Program-made: the position numbers and the translations under genes
Part shown: positions 17,520 through 28,144 of the stretch, one piece after another
Layout: the number at the start of each line of letters is the position of its first letter
Position numbering within the stretch: the first letter of the stretch is position 1
Notes under the pieces: model-generated
Databases searched by the model: none
Told to the model about the DNA's origin: nothing
Seen by the model: the letters and a program-made list of their open reading frames with translations, nothing else
IMG/VR virus record: IMGVR_UViG_3300028048_001801
Location: 96,180 to 160,179 of that record
Direction: 5' to 3' (one strand)
DNA length: 64,000 nucleotides
Source: a virus
Lineage: Duplodnaviria > Caudoviricetes

Positions 17520-17721
17520 CTCTTTTAATGCAAATTTTACAACATTTTTCACAAAAATCTTGAGCGTCTATGATGGCATCAAAAACACTATCCGACTCTC
17601 TTATGGTTTTTGCTTTAAATTTTTCGAATGTCAGACAGCCAAGACATGTATCGGTTTCATTTTCCACAAGCGATCCCACCTCTTTCGCGCGTCTTATTGT
17701 TGTTTGCCTTTGTCTTTTCAT
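17509..17721 (-). CDS. Small Cys-rich hypothetical protein
   Basis: 70 aa, ATGA overlap. Confidence 0.6.
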   Translation of the reverse strand: MKRQRQTTIRRAKEVGSLVENETDTCLGCLTFEKFKAKTIRESDSVFDAIIDAQDFCEKCCKICIKRVDK

Positions 17722-18026
17722 GCGTCCCCTTTTTGTGACAATACATCTATATATGTTTCTATGTCGCTTAACGCCTCTAAATATCCCATATTATATTCGC
17801 TTAGATACTTATTGCCATTTGAATATTTAGCCGCTCTGTCTATGAGTGTGTTTTTAAGTTGATCGCACGTATCCTTTATGATTTTGTTTTTAACGCCAAC
17901 CCCTTGATTAATCAATTCTTCTGATAGCAATCTCATGTCAATCACTGTTAAACCACTAAGGTTCGTTGTGGCTGCAGCTTCTATCAGTATATCTGTAAGA
18001 CTTGTAACTTCATCAATAACCGACAT
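17718..18026 (-). CDS. Hypothetical protein
   Basis: 102 aa, GGAG SD. Confidence 0.7.
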   Translation of the reverse strand: MSVIDEVTSLTDILIEAAATTNLSGLTVIDMRLLSEELINQGVGVKNKIIKDTCDQLKNTLIDRAAKYSNGNKYLSEYNMGYLEALSDIETYIDVLSQKGDA

Positions 18027-18429
18027 CTTTTATGTTTCTCCTTTTCCATTTTGATAACTTTTTAGGATCTTCAGTCTTTTTGAGACCTGTTACCTTTTTT
18101 TCTGCATCTTTTTTCGAAAAGAATACATCTACGTTTGGTTCTATATTAGGCCCAGACTCGTTACCATCTTTATCAACGAGTTTGCACATCCAGATATCAC
18201 CGCACCCGACTAAAGAAATGACCTCATAGATGTCAATTCCATAAGTTATCTCGCCGTCTTTCTTCTCCCAATATGGAAGAAAAGCTTCTTGGCGAATTTC
18301 ACATGGAATTTTATTGCCACTAGGCATAAATTCGATATCTGCAGCAAGATGCTCTGCGACTCCGCTATGCGATATTTCGCTGTCTTGCTTAAGTTCTGTT
18401 TCTTTTGTCTGTTCTTTTTTATTATTCAT
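18013..18429 (-). CDS. Hypothetical protein
   Basis: Start moved to ATG 18429, overlapping the phoH stop. Confidence 0.7.
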   Translation of the reverse strand: MNNKKEQTKETELKQDSEISHSGVAEHLAADIEFMPSGNKIPCEIRQEAFLPYWEKKDGEITYGIDIYEVISLVGCGDIWMCKLVDKDGNESGPNIEPNVDVFFSKKDAEKKVTGLKKTEDPKKLSKWKRRNIKDVGY

Positions 18430-19204
18430 TTTGCTCATCCTGTGTGTTTTTGTTTGATGTAGGATTATACTCGTCCGCAATCCTACTAACCCAACCACGA
18501 TGGTTTTCGGTTAGTTCGCAAACAGCAACGCCCTCGCGACCCTCGAACCAATTCAGATAAGGTATAAAACCGCTATTGCTTCTATTCTTAATAAGGTCAC
18601 ACTGGCCGTCATGCCCTATAACTATAACCTTCGTTCCGTCTTTCACGCGGGTTAAAACCTTTTTGAGTTCGTCAATGTAAAAATTTTGAGCTTCGTCTAT
18701 AATTAAAATAGTTCTGTTTCCAATATTAGTACCCCTTAAAAAGGTATGTGATTTACAGGAAACAAATGCGTCAGCGGGATTTTCTGTGTTCAATTCTTTA
18801 ACGACTTTCTCGGGGAAGTATCCGCATTCCGTGAGGGCTTCTAGGCATGGCTCGTAAAAAGCTTTTTCTTTATCCTCTACACCTCCTGGAAGAAGGCCGA
18901 GTATAGACTGGAAATTATTGTTTAAGCTAAAACAATAAAGGATTTCATCATAAAGACCGTACTCAACCATAGCACAGGCAGTTGATACCGCCACAGTCGT
19001 TTTGCCTGACCCGCTCCTGCTGTTCACAAAAATAATTTTATTTTCTTTTTTGTATATCTCGTCTCGTAAATGCTTTTGTTCTGCATTAAACGTAAAGCCG
19101 AGTCTTTTAAAGAAGCCGCTATTTTTTAATGTTTCAGGCGCATCTATTTGTCTGGGCTCTATGTTCGCTTTACTCTTTTTTGTTGCCGAAGTTGTTTTTG
19201 CCAT
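18422..19204 (-). CDS. phoH: PhoH-family ATPase
   Basis: SGSGKT, LGLLPG, FLRG, IIDEAQN, KKVLTR, GHDGQCD. Confidence 0.9.
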   Translation of the reverse strand: MAKTTSATKKSKANIEPRQIDAPETLKNSGFFKRLGFTFNAEQKHLRDEIYKKENKIIFVNSRSGSGKTTVAVSTACAMVEYGLYDEILYCFSLNNNFQSILGLLPGGVEDKEKAFYEPCLEALTECGYFPEKVVKELNTENPADAFVSCKSHTFLRGTNIGNRTILIIDEAQNFYIDELKKVLTRVKDGTKVIVIGHDGQCDLIKNRSNSGFIPYLNWFEGREGVAVCELTENHRGWVSRIADEYNPTSNKNTQDEQNE

Positions 19205-19219
19205 AAGAAAGTCCTTTAA

Positions 19220-19510
19220 TTATTTTTTTATGTAATAAGCGCATTTACAGGTCCCGCAAGCCTCTGTGTTAGGTTCTATTCTTGCTACGCTGCTGTTTTT
19301 ATTCATTGTTGAAATTTGGCATATAACACAATTCGGATCCTCGGAAAGGTTATATACACAATTGTGGTTCCCTTGAACGTGCGGGCACTTTTGAACATAT
19401 TTAGCCACATCCCTCGTTGTTTGTTCGAGTTTTTTACATTTATTGTCAATAATAGTATCTTCGTCAGAGAACAATGACGTCTGAATGTATTTGTCGTTAG
19501 ATGTTTTCAT
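19220..19510 (-). CDS. Cys-rich hypothetical protein
   Basis: 96 aa, coupled start. Confidence 0.65.
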   Translation of the reverse strand: MKTSNDKYIQTSLFSDEDTIIDNKCKKLEQTTRDVAKYVQKCPHVQGNHNCVYNLSEDPNCVICQISTMNKNSSVARIEPNTEACGTCKCAYYIKK

Positions 19511-20067
19511 TAGAATACCTCTTTTATAATAAATGAATTAAGGTTAATATAATTATCAGCTACGAACTGAACAGCGCTATATAAATCCACATATTCATCT
19601 ACAGAAATAGCCATTTCTTTCAAGATTTGAGCGCACACCAGTTCTTTTTCTAGCGCCCTTCTTTCGCGTTTACCCATAAAAGTAAGTTTGACGGATTCGT
19701 AACTAATCATGTCCGAGATTGCCTGAATAGAAGCATTTATATATTCTTCGAAGTTTTCGGTGTACATCACGGTCAGAAGCAATACAGCTTTAGGGCCTTG
19801 CCACAAAAGACCATCTATCAAAAAATATAGACTCACAAATGCAGCAATTACACAAATGACAAAACAGGTTTCTCCTGCAAAAATATTAAACCAATTCAGC
19901 CGTACACCTACTGATAAAAATGCAAATAATAAGAAAAACGCAGAAGAAAGCAAGATTCTATTTACCTTAGTCTTAATTGCATCGTGTCGCGCCAGCATCA
20001 AATTTGACGAAAGCGTTGTAACGTGCGGGGCACCCCCCTCGTGTTTAAAATTAAACCGTACCGTCAT
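19510..20067 (-). CDS. Membrane-associated hypothetical protein
   Basis: Two hydrophobic helices; ATG 20067 with GAGGAG SD. Confidence 0.7.
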   Translation of the reverse strand: MTVRFNFKHEGGAPHVTTLSSNLMLARHDAIKTKVNRILLSSAFFLLFAFLSVGVRLNWFNIFAGETCFVICVIAAFVSLYFLIDGLLWQGPKAVLLLTVMYTENFEEYINASIQAISDMISYESVKLTFMGKRERRALEKELVCAQILKEMAISVDEYVDLYSAVQFVADNYINLNSFIIKEVF

Positions 20068-20389
20068 TATTATATCTCCTCTTTTCATTATAAACAACGC
20101 TCACTCCGAATACAACGTTTTCGAGCTTACAATAGCTGATCGCCGACGACATTGTTTCGAATATTAAATTTGGATTTGATACGGCTTTCACTTTTTCTTC
20201 GCCGTTGGGCAAGAGGACTTTAAATAATATGTTCTCTTCTCTTTTAAACTGAGTTCCGAAACTGTCTTGGAAATTATATTTTGGCAGAATACTTGTGATT
20301 TCTCCGTATTCAACCACATAATTTTCCGCGCCAATGCACCTATCAACGAAATAAAACTCTTTGCCTATGTCTTGCTTTGTAATATTCAT
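20051..20389 (-). CDS. Hypothetical protein
   Basis: 112 aa, GAGGAG SD. Confidence 0.7.
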   Translation of the reverse strand: MNITKQDIGKEFYFVDRCIGAENYVVEYGEITSILPKYNFQDSFGTQFKREENILFKVLLPNGEEKVKAVSNPNLIFETMSSAISYCKLENVVFGVSVVYNEKRRYNNDGTV

Positions 20390-20407
20390 ATTTTCTCCTC
20401 GTCGTAT

Positions 20408-20437
20408 AGTTTAGCACATTTCTCCTATACGCGTCAA
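20408..20437 (-). promoter_or_regulatory. Probable sigma70/sigmaA promoter
   Basis: TTGACG-18-TAAACT with TG. Confidence 0.5.
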
Positions 20438-22749
20438 CTATTTTCGCCCTGATTTTCGAATAAATTTACAATTAATTCTTTAAGCCAAGTGCATTTATAT
20501 TTAATACCTGTTATAGAGCAAGCTCTACGAATAGCCGTTGGTTGCCCAATTAACGTATTAAACTTCTTACATCTTGTTATTGCCGTATACAACCATTCCT
20601 TGGAGAGTAAGGCATACGAACCATTATCACACACCGTTATGACATATGGGAATCCTGAACCCTGCGCCGAGTGACAGGTTATAGCATAGCCGAGTTCGAG
20701 ATCGTAATATTGTAATTGTGGAATAAATACAAGCCCCTGCATAAACTGGACTTTCATGCCTAAAATTGGATCTATTTCAACTATTTTGCCAATATTTCCA
20801 TTGAAAACAGGAACCGTATTACCATCAAGATCATATGTGTCATAACAGTTTTTAGTAACCCTAACGTTATCCCCAGGTTTAAACGTAATTTCATAGTCGG
20901 TTTTCCCATCCTTCTTCTTTATCGTAACCTGATCGGGATAATCTTTGGGGTTAATTATTTTTTGAATACATTCATTGATTTTTCGAGCCGAAGTGTTACC
21001 TATAACCCTTTTACCAGTAACAATCATTATGTCATCTGGATCGGCATTGTAATCTGACAAAAAGTGCTTATACTCTTTTAACACTTCATAAAGAACGTTA
21101 TCAAGCTCTTTGACGGTCGTTATTTTAAAATCCTGTAATTCTCCGCGGACCTCTGTTCCATAAAAATTGGGCTTAACTATTTGCTGTTCATCATATACGC
21201 GCCTGGATTCGGTGATAACACCGCTTTTTTGAGCCTGTCTGAATATCTTGGTAAGATGAGTGTGCGCGAATTTCTTTGATTCTATAATGTCGTGGAAAAC
21301 ACATCCGATACCTATCGGTTCAAGCTGGCCCGTATCTCCAACTAAAACAAGTTTACAACCGTTAGGAATGGCTTGCAACAAATCGTAGAAAATGTGTTCG
21401 TCTACCATCGATGCCTCATCGAGGATAATCATATCATAAGTAAGTTGATTTTTCTTATTGTATATAAAGCCATTTTCCTCGGGGTCGAACCCTAACAACC
21501 TGTGGATCGTATGTCCCTCTAACCCCGTTATTGTCCCAAGGTTCAAAGAAGCCTTGCCGCTTAGGGCGCATAATGCTGCATATTGTCCGTTTGCCCTGAT
21601 TGCCCGTGACACTGGTTTCATACAGGTTGTTTTACCTGATCCGCCAAGTGCGGTAACTATGCTGATATTTTGTGTTAAACAGCTCCTAATGGCGCCTCTT
21701 TGCTCTTCCGAATATTGGAATCCGAGCTCATATTCGCTTTGAGCGATCGCTCTCTCTATATCTCTAACGGGACGGACTTCGGCTGTTGAGATCCTATAGA
21801 GCTCGTGCGCGATTTTTTCCTCAAGCTCTCTATATTCAACAAGCCCAATGCGGCGCGTTTCTTTTTCTATGTAAACACGTTCTTCCTTGGCCAATTCAAC
21901 AAGCAGCAATCCTATAGAGTCTTTTTCAATCTCAGGAAACTGCTGATAGCAATATTCCAGCATGTCTTCAACATACATATAGGTGTCGCCGTTTACTTCG
22001 CCGTTTCTGTTTAACAAGTAGAAAATAAATGCCTTTATTCTTCTCGGATCGTCTTTTGCTATACCGCCCGCTATTGCTATGGCATCAGCTTTATTCCAAC
22101 CTATCCCTTTAACATCATATATTAACGTATACGGATCTTTTTTGATAACCGACACTAAAACTTCAGCCGACCCATATCTCTCGCACAATTTCTCTATTGT
22201 CAGTCTCGTTAATCCATACTTAAATAACTCTACATACGCGCAACTGTCGAGCCTTGTCTCTTTGTATTTGTCGATGATCTTACGTGCACGAATCCTCCCG
22301 ACCCCTTGTACCGCAGTAAGAGCATCTATGTCTTCGTTCTCTAAGACGCTTATCGGATCTTCGAACGTTGCCATTATATTTTTCGCAGTCATCTCAGGAA
22401 GAATGTACATGAAGAACTTTTCGACGTCTTCTCTTGATTCGAAGCTCACACTTTCGACCATTTTGATAATCTTATATTGATATCCATACTTTTCGTGTTT
22501 TGTCAATTCTCCCAAAACCTCGTACTCGGTTTTCATACTTAAAGAGGGAGTCGGCCCCGAAAAAGTAAGGAAATATTCGGTTGGACTATATTTCCAACCG
22601 CGGTCATCTGGTATTTCGCCTTCGACGAGTTTGCCGATGAATCGAATAATGGCAAAACCGCCGTTTTGATAATTCGGCTCCTTGAAAGTCACTCTTTGTA
22701 TTTTGCCTTTAACGTGGATCCTAGATCCAAGCATTTCTTGCGCGTCCAT
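20434..22749 (-). CDS. recD2: ATP-dependent RecD2-family (SF1B) helicase
   Basis: N-terminal HhH region, GGSGKTT, TIHRLL, DEASM, GDTGQL, FRQ, YAITCHSAQGS, YTAITR. Confidence 0.92.
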   Translation of the reverse strand: MDAQEMLGSRIHVKGKIQRVTFKEPNYQNGGFAIIRFIGKLVEGEIPDDRGWKYSPTEYFLTFSGPTPSLSMKTEYEVLGELTKHEKYGYQYKIIKMVESVSFESREDVEKFFMYILPEMTAKNIMATFEDPISVLENEDIDALTAVQGVGRIRARKIIDKYKETRLDSCAYVELFKYGLTRLTIEKLCERYGSAEVLVSVIKKDPYTLIYDVKGIGWNKADAIAIAGGIAKDDPRRIKAFIFYLLNRNGEVNGDTYMYVEDMLEYCYQQFPEIEKDSIGLLLVELAKEERVYIEKETRRIGLVEYRELEEKIAHELYRISTAEVRPVRDIERAIAQSEYELGFQYSEEQRGAIRSCLTQNISIVTALGGSGKTTCMKPVSRAIRANGQYAALCALSGKASLNLGTITGLEGHTIHRLLGFDPEENGFIYNKKNQLTYDMIILDEASMVDEHIFYDLLQAIPNGCKLVLVGDTGQLEPIGIGCVFHDIIESKKFAHTHLTKIFRQAQKSGVITESRRVYDEQQIVKPNFYGTEVRGELQDFKITTVKELDNVLYEVLKEYKHFLSDYNADPDDIMIVTGKRVIGNTSARKINECIQKIINPKDYPDQVTIKKKDGKTDYEITFKPGDNVRVTKNCYDTYDLDGNTVPVFNGNIGKIVEIDPILGMKVQFMQGLVFIPQLQYYDLELGYAITCHSAQGSGFPYVITVCDNGSYALLSKEWLYTAITRCKKFNTLIGQPTAIRRACSITGIKYKCTWLKELIVNLFENQGENS

Positions 22750-22791
22750 TTTGTCTCCTAAAATAATTATGCCTGCTGTAATATCAATAAT

Positions 22792-22821
22792 ATAATATCA
22801 CAACAGACATAATTCTGTCAA
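22792..22821 (-). promoter_or_regulatory. sigma70/sigmaA promoter
   Basis: TTGACA-18-TATTAT with TG. Confidence 0.6.
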
Positions 22822-22975
22822 GCATTTTAACCTGTTTTTAAAATAAAAGTACAATTTTATTTCTTGACCATTTTTATACTAAAAATGACCTCTCTCTTGC
22901 CTGTTTTTTATAAAAATGATTTAATTTCTACAAAAAATCGTCCTGGAAGTCGAAATTATAGCATAATTGACCACT

Positions 22976-25900
22976 TTAATCCCACCGATTATTTTTGCCG
23001 TACCATTGAAGGATCTTATTTGGCTCTTTTGTGAAATCCTGTTGCCACTTACCGTTTTCATCTTTGTACCATGGGTGTTCTTCGCCCAATTTGTAAGTTA
23101 TTATATCGTGTGTGTTGATCGGAGTGGTCTGATACGTCTTCTTTTTTAATTTAACGGTATATCCCTCGCCAGTGCCAAGATCGTAAAGGCTTATGCGGAA
23201 GTTGTTTCCTTTCATTTCTAAGTTCGTTATAAAGGCGTTTCCCTGCGCATCGGGTATCGTTGTAGCGATATAGCCAAGATATTCTGATTCGGCAGCGAGA
23301 CGATCCTTTAAGGGAATTTCCTCGTTAGGAATATTGTGTACTATTTCTAACAACATTTTTCCCACGCCATCAGTATCTAAAACATATTGCTTATCTGTTT
23401 CTTTAATGGCATAAGTTTCTATATACGGGATCGCCTCAAGCGGCAGTGAATCTTTCTTGAACTGTTTCGTCTTGCCTGCACATTGATATTTATCATAATA
23501 TTCGACGGTTTTAAGAAGTGTTTTCGCAGGACCGAATTCTGAAAAATAACCAAGACGGATAAGGATGTCGAGCCGTGAAGAATTAATATCTTTTTTGTTT
23601 TCGGTTAAATCTTTAACTAAATCTAAAAAGTTATCATATTTTTTGTTTTGAGCCATTTCATATAAAGCATCGGCGCATCCCTGACTAAAACCTTTTAATG
23701 ACAAAAGAGAAGGGTAAATCAATCCATTATTTTTGTCTGCGACAAATCGACGATTATCCACGCCCCATTTATATGGGCCTTCTTTTATCCCAAAAGCTTT
23801 TTTCATTTCAGCCTTCAAAGCCTGAACTTTATCCTTATTGCCCTTATCAGAATACATCTGCATAAGCACTTCATAAAATTCATAAGTATAATGAACTTTG
23901 AGCCAAGCGCAATATAACGAATCTAGAGCCATACAATAAGCGTGCGCACTATTAAAACCGTACCCGCAGCTATCATTTATGATTTGCCAAACCTTAGCGC
24001 TCATATCGTCAGCTTCTGATTCGGAAATATTGTTTTCTTTTAAGATTTTTTCCTTAAACCCATTTAAGAATCTTTCTTTTAACGGTTTAACCTTTTCGGG
24101 GTGTTTTTTAGCTATTGCTTTTATGATTCCATAACATTCATCAAGGGGGAACCCAGCATAGTTCAACGTATTCATCGTTTGTTCTTGATATAACACGAAC
24201 GAATAGGGGAATTGTGGGGTTTGAAGAATATTATCGAAAGCAGGTATTCCATATTCAAACGGTTCTCGTGATTCAAATTTATTATACATTGATTTGAATG
24301 CAGGCCTAATAGCCGCTATCCACGCACACAATTCAGATATATTTCGCGGTTTGTATCGTTTGAGTTTCTGTTTAGAGCCTTCGCCTTCGCATTGATTGAC
24401 ACCTATCGTGTAGGCATTAGCGTATAGATCCCAAACAGCAGTATCGTTTTCAACCAGATTGCTTAATTCCGTGGTGGATAAGATCGGCTTATTTATTCGC
24501 TTAAACATCTTATCTATCATATAAACAACGTCGACCTTGAGCAAATCGTTTTTAAGAAACTTATAATTTTCTGCGATTGCTCCGTCTATAACAGTTGTTA
24601 TATAATCGCGACCAGTTGCATCGCTTTTGCATCTTATCAGCCCAATTTCTTCTCGGATGCTGCCACCATATAATAGATACGCGCATGGCGCCTTATTTTT
24701 ATGGTCGATAACACCCCAGTATTTTTGGCTCTTTTTTATATAATCCTCGTATTTTTTATCTACAAAATCAAATATGTCTATGTCGTCTTTGTTGTCGTCT
24801 TCGGCATTTTTTAAAGCTTCATCATATTTTGAAATTTGCGCCGAAATTTCGTTTGCGAGTTCAAAATCCATTTTAGCCGCTCTGGCATAAAGTTTAAAAG
24901 CGGATTTCTTTTTTAGCGTGCCAAATGCTATCATTGGATACGCGTGATCATCGCCCAAAACCTCTTTTTGCGCTTCTGCAAAGACGTCGGGATTACCCGT
25001 ATTAAGATCTAAATCAGGCAGCGAGTTTGTCTCTAATATACGGGTTTTGCTTATAAATCTTTCTGGATAGAGTTTTATGGGGGAAGTAAATCTATCCACT
25101 TTTGAAAATCCACATAATGTGTTAGTCATAAAGCCTACTGCCGATCCGCGGCCCGTCGACGTTATCAAACCACCCTTTTCAACCGCTTTTTTAACAATTT
25201 CATAGTCGATTAAAGGATAGTCAACCATGTTTGTTTCTTTATAGGTGGAAACTTCTTTTTTAACCCCTTCGAAATACTCCTGATAGCGATCTTCGGGAAT
25301 ATTTTTCATATACTCTGAAAACAATCGGCTAATCAGTTCACTATATATTTTATTTTTCTCAGCCTGCGTTTTATCAGGATATAGAGTTGGCATTTTAACA
25401 ACTGGCTTAAACAATATATTATCGTTATAATCCTTAAATTCAAGTAAAACATCTGACGCATCCATTGCGGCTTGAATTTCTTCTTTGGAAAAAACACCTT
25501 GTTCTAAAAAACGCTCCATTGTTGTTTTTTCATCAGGATAATCCATATACCATCCCGCTTCAGAATCATCATATTTAATATTACGCCCCGCCAATATGTC
25601 ATCACGCTCAACGGACTCCTCAGGATAAATATAGTGGCTATCTAGCCCCGCTATCATTTTAATTCCATATTTCTGTGAGATTTCTTTCGTTCTACGAGAA
25701 AGTTCCTTTTGAGCCTCAGTCGCGTGCGCTTGAATTTCTAATAAGAAATTGTCTCCAAAATAATTATGTAGCTTAATCGCAATGTTTTCTGAATCATCAT
25801 ATTTCCAAAAGGCGATACAGGCCGAAGTAAGAAATACATCGTCCTTCGGAAGAGAAAGCAACAATTCTAAGTCAACACGTGGCTTATAATAAAACCCTGT

Positions 25901-26209
25901 TTCATTAGCATCTGATAAAATGCGATTTATTGCACGCCTGCCATTTTCGTTTTTTGCTAGGATTATAATGTGGGCATTTGTTTTGTCTTGTTCTTTTCTA
26001 TCTTTAACCCAATATGCCTCTGTTCCGAAAACAAACTTGAGATTGTATTTTTTCGCAAGTTCAAAACAACCATAATAATAGCCCTGCCATCCGTGTTCGA
26101 CAGATGACAAAACTTTCTGCCCTAATTCAACTGCGCGCTTAGCATAATCCTCGAGCATTGCTGCGCTATCGGATTCACTATAACAACTATGTTTATGATA
26201 GTTTTGCAT
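22976..26209 (-). CDS. dnaE: DNA polymerase III alpha subunit (phage DnaE)
   Basis: PHP domain HKH..SAC..DSHY; GRGSA, PDLD catalytic motif, KNDLL, IRP, LYQEQ, YGFNSAHA. Confidence 0.95.
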   Translation of the reverse strand: MQNYHKHSCYSESDSAAMLEDYAKRAVELGQKVLSSVEHGWQGYYYGCFELAKKYNLKFVFGTEAYWVKDRKEQDKTNAHIIILAKNENGRRAINRILSDANETGFYYKPRVDLELLLSLPKDDVFLTSACIAFWKYDDSENIAIKLHNYFGDNFLLEIQAHATEAQKELSRRTKEISQKYGIKMIAGLDSHYIYPEESVERDDILAGRNIKYDDSEAGWYMDYPDEKTTMERFLEQGVFSKEEIQAAMDASDVLLEFKDYNDNILFKPVVKMPTLYPDKTQAEKNKIYSELISRLFSEYMKNIPEDRYQEYFEGVKKEVSTYKETNMVDYPLIDYEIVKKAVEKGGLITSTGRGSAVGFMTNTLCGFSKVDRFTSPIKLYPERFISKTRILETNSLPDLDLNTGNPDVFAEAQKEVLGDDHAYPMIAFGTLKKKSAFKLYARAAKMDFELANEISAQISKYDEALKNAEDDNKDDIDIFDFVDKKYEDYIKKSQKYWGVIDHKNKAPCAYLLYGGSIREEIGLIRCKSDATGRDYITTVIDGAIAENYKFLKNDLLKVDVVYMIDKMFKRINKPILSTTELSNLVENDTAVWDLYANAYTIGVNQCEGEGSKQKLKRYKPRNISELCAWIAAIRPAFKSMYNKFESREPFEYGIPAFDNILQTPQFPYSFVLYQEQTMNTLNYAGFPLDECYGIIKAIAKKHPEKVKPLKERFLNGFKEKILKENNISESEADDMSAKVWQIINDSCGYGFNSAHAYCMALDSLYCAWLKVHYTYEFYEVLMQMYSDKGNKDKVQALKAEMKKAFGIKEGPYKWGVDNRRFVADKNNGLIYPSLLSLKGFSQGCADALYEMAQNKKYDNFLDLVKDLTENKKDINSSRLDILIRLGYFSEFGPAKTLLKTVEYYDKYQCAGKTKQFKKDSLPLEAIPYIETYAIKETDKQYVLDTDGVGKMLLEIVHNIPNEEIPLKDRLAAESEYLGYIATTIPDAQGNAFITNLEMKGNNFRISLYDLGTGEGYTVKLKKKTYQTTPINTHDIITYKLGEEHPWYKDENGKWQQDFTKEPNKILQWYGKNNRWD

Positions 26210-26211
26210 AT

Positions 26212-26757
26212 TTACTCCCTTTTGTTTCTTTTATATTGTCCAAAATACTTTTCTTCTGCTTGATCTCTAACCCTCTTTGCTTCATTTATATCTGCATAAG
26301 TTCCAAGATTTATCCTTTGACCATCACAACTAATATAAACCTTATATTTTTGCTCTAGTTTTGAAAAATGTATACCCTTATAGCCTGTCGAGCTGTTAAC
26401 ATAGGTTTTTACATTTTTCATATTAAGCCCATGAGATATAATTCTCAAATTGGTGACGCAATTGTTGCTAGGGTCTCCATCTATGTGGTCGATTTCGTGT
26501 TTTTTGTCATAAACATATCCGGTTTCACTTTCCATTATCAATACGTGTAAAAGTTTATATTCTGTTTTCCCGTTTTGATTAACACCTATCCTAGTTCTAA
26601 AATAACCGTCTGGATGTCTGTGCCAACAATATTGTGACACTAAATCATAATATTTTTTATCAAAACAGAATTTATATTTACCATTTAGTGTTGTACCATA
26701 TACAACTTCGTTTTTTATTTCATATGAGTTAAATTGTCTTTCAAATCCCATATTCAC
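26212..26757 (-). CDS. Free-standing HNH homing endonuclease with AP2-like C-terminal domain
   Basis: IDHIDGDPSNNCVTNL; STGYKGI..YKVYI..INLGTY..EAKRVRD.AE. Confidence 0.88.
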   Translation of the reverse strand: MNMGFERQFNSYEIKNEVVYGTTLNGKYKFCFDKKYYDLVSQYCWHRHPDGYFRTRIGVNQNGKTEYKLLHVLIMESETGYVYDKKHEIDHIDGDPSNNCVTNLRIISHGLNMKNVKTYVNSSTGYKGIHFSKLEQKYKVYISCDGQRINLGTYADINEAKRVRDQAEEKYFGQYKRNKRE

Positions 26758-26770
26758 CTCATCTTCCTAC

Positions 26771-26799
26771 ATTATATCACAACGTCAAAAAGATGTCAA
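26771..26799 (-). promoter_or_regulatory. sigma70/sigmaA promoter for the HNH-dnaE unit
   Basis: TTGACA-17-TATAAT with TG; -35 lies inside inverted repeat 26787-26817. Confidence 0.8.
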
Positions 26800-26836
26800 G
26801 TAAAATTGACATCTTTTAAGAAATAAAATTGCATTT

Positions 26837-27346
26837 TTATTTTTTATATTCTAAAGTCACAAGCGTGTCGTTTTTGCTACCGCCATGATTAACAATCAAA
26901 ACATCGGTCATTTCAAACCCGCGTCCTTTCCTGAGCCCATTGGTATTCCACCCGCAGGAAATGACTTTGCCGCCAGGTTTTAATATCCTTGCGATATTAT
27001 CTTTAATCAGAGAGCAATATTTCATATTAGCGACATTGACTTCGAGTTTGACTTTGCCATATGAATGATATAACTCTGATGCTTGTGTAATAGAATATGG
27101 CGGATCGTATAAAACCAAGTCGGCACTTTCGTCGGGCAGCATCTTAAGGAATTCAAGAGCATCCATGTGATAATCGGTCTCAAATTCTGGATTGAGATCA
27201 TTAGTAATAGTTCCATATTTACAGTTGTTCGCAAAGGGATCTACTATCGCATCACTGTTCGCCACCTCTCGTTCGACAAGCTCTTTAATGGGTTTAATAG
27301 TAAATGTGTTCCCGTTAGGCATTGCCCATTCTTTTTTGAATTCCAT
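26837..27346 (-). CDS. Small adenine-specific DNA methyltransferase-like protein
   Basis: VDPFA (SAM-binding), DPPY catalytic motif, RILKPGG. Confidence 0.8.
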   Translation of the reverse strand: MEFKKEWAMPNGNTFTIKPIKELVEREVANSDAIVDPFANNCKYGTITNDLNPEFETDYHMDALEFLKMLPDESADLVLYDPPYSITQASELYHSYGKVKLEVNVANMKYCSLIKDNIARILKPGGKVISCGWNTNGLRKGRGFEMTDVLIVNHGGSKNDTLVTLEYKK

Positions 27347-27703
27347 TTAATACACCACACACTTTTTATTATTATATTTAACAATATAATCGTATAATTC
27401 CTCTATCGTTTTTAGAAATACAACCTCGCCGTCTGCTTCTTCAATAGCCATATCCCTATTGCCCCAATCACACTCGTATATAAAATATTGAATATCGTCA
27501 CCGAATCCAACATAACCACCATATTCAATATCCATCAGATCACAAACCATTTTGGTCATAGTGGTAATTTCATCAGAATAAATCATCGCTATTCCTTCAC
27601 CGTCTCTATTAAGAGAACGAAGTATCTCGTCAAGAGCCCTCTCTTTGTCGAAGGCGTTTTTAATTGCCTGCATATATTCTACAAATTTTTCTTTACTAAT
27701 CAT
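27347..27703 (-). CDS. Hypothetical protein
   Basis: 118 aa; IQYFIYECDWG..TIEELYDY phage-family pattern. Confidence 0.75.
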   Translation of the reverse strand: MISKEKFVEYMQAIKNAFDKERALDEILRSLNRDGEGIAMIYSDEITTMTKMVCDLMDIEYGGYVGFGDDIQYFIYECDWGNRDMAIEEADGEVVFLKTIEELYDYIVKYNNKKCVVY

Positions 27704-27707
27704 AAAA

Positions 27708-27890
27708 CTAAATTATCTCCTTAAAATATAATATTTTAACAGTACTATGATTGTGTGCTTTTCTTATAAGATCTTCTATCTTTTGCAAAGATGTAATATT
27801 ATCAAGTTTTTCTGGAGGGGTTAATATCGCATTGTCAAACCCAGAAAAACTACCATCGATATAACAATAAGATACGAAATATTTATACAT
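27708..27890 (-). CDS. Hypothetical protein
   Basis: 60 aa, MYKYFVSY start, in operon. Confidence 0.6.
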   Translation of the reverse strand: MYKYFVSYCYIDGSFSGFDNAILTPPEKLDNITSLQKIEDLIRKAHNHSTVKILYFKEII

Positions 27891-27901
27891 ATAAAATTAT
27901 T

Positions 27902-28135
27902 TTAATTTTCTGATTCGACGTGGCGATATTCATACCTCGCCACATTGTCCATCTTGGAAAGAAAGGGAGTATGACAGTCGGGGCACTCAATGCTTCCGTA
28001 CCCATCTATTTTTCTTTCCAAATATTCAAAATCTTCTATGCCACACTTAAACACACATCCGCAAGTTGGACATGTGAGAAAATAAATAGTTTTTGTTTTT
28101 CTCTGAATATTACCAGGCCTAATTATTTCTTTCAT
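27902..28135 (-). CDS. Zn-ribbon protein
   Basis: CPTCGC...CPDC. Confidence 0.7.
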   Translation of the reverse strand: MKEIIRPGNIQRKTKTIYFLTCPTCGCVFKCGIEDFEYLERKIDGYGSIECPDCHTPFLSKMDNVARYEYRHVESEN

Positions 28136-28144
28136 ACTAACCCC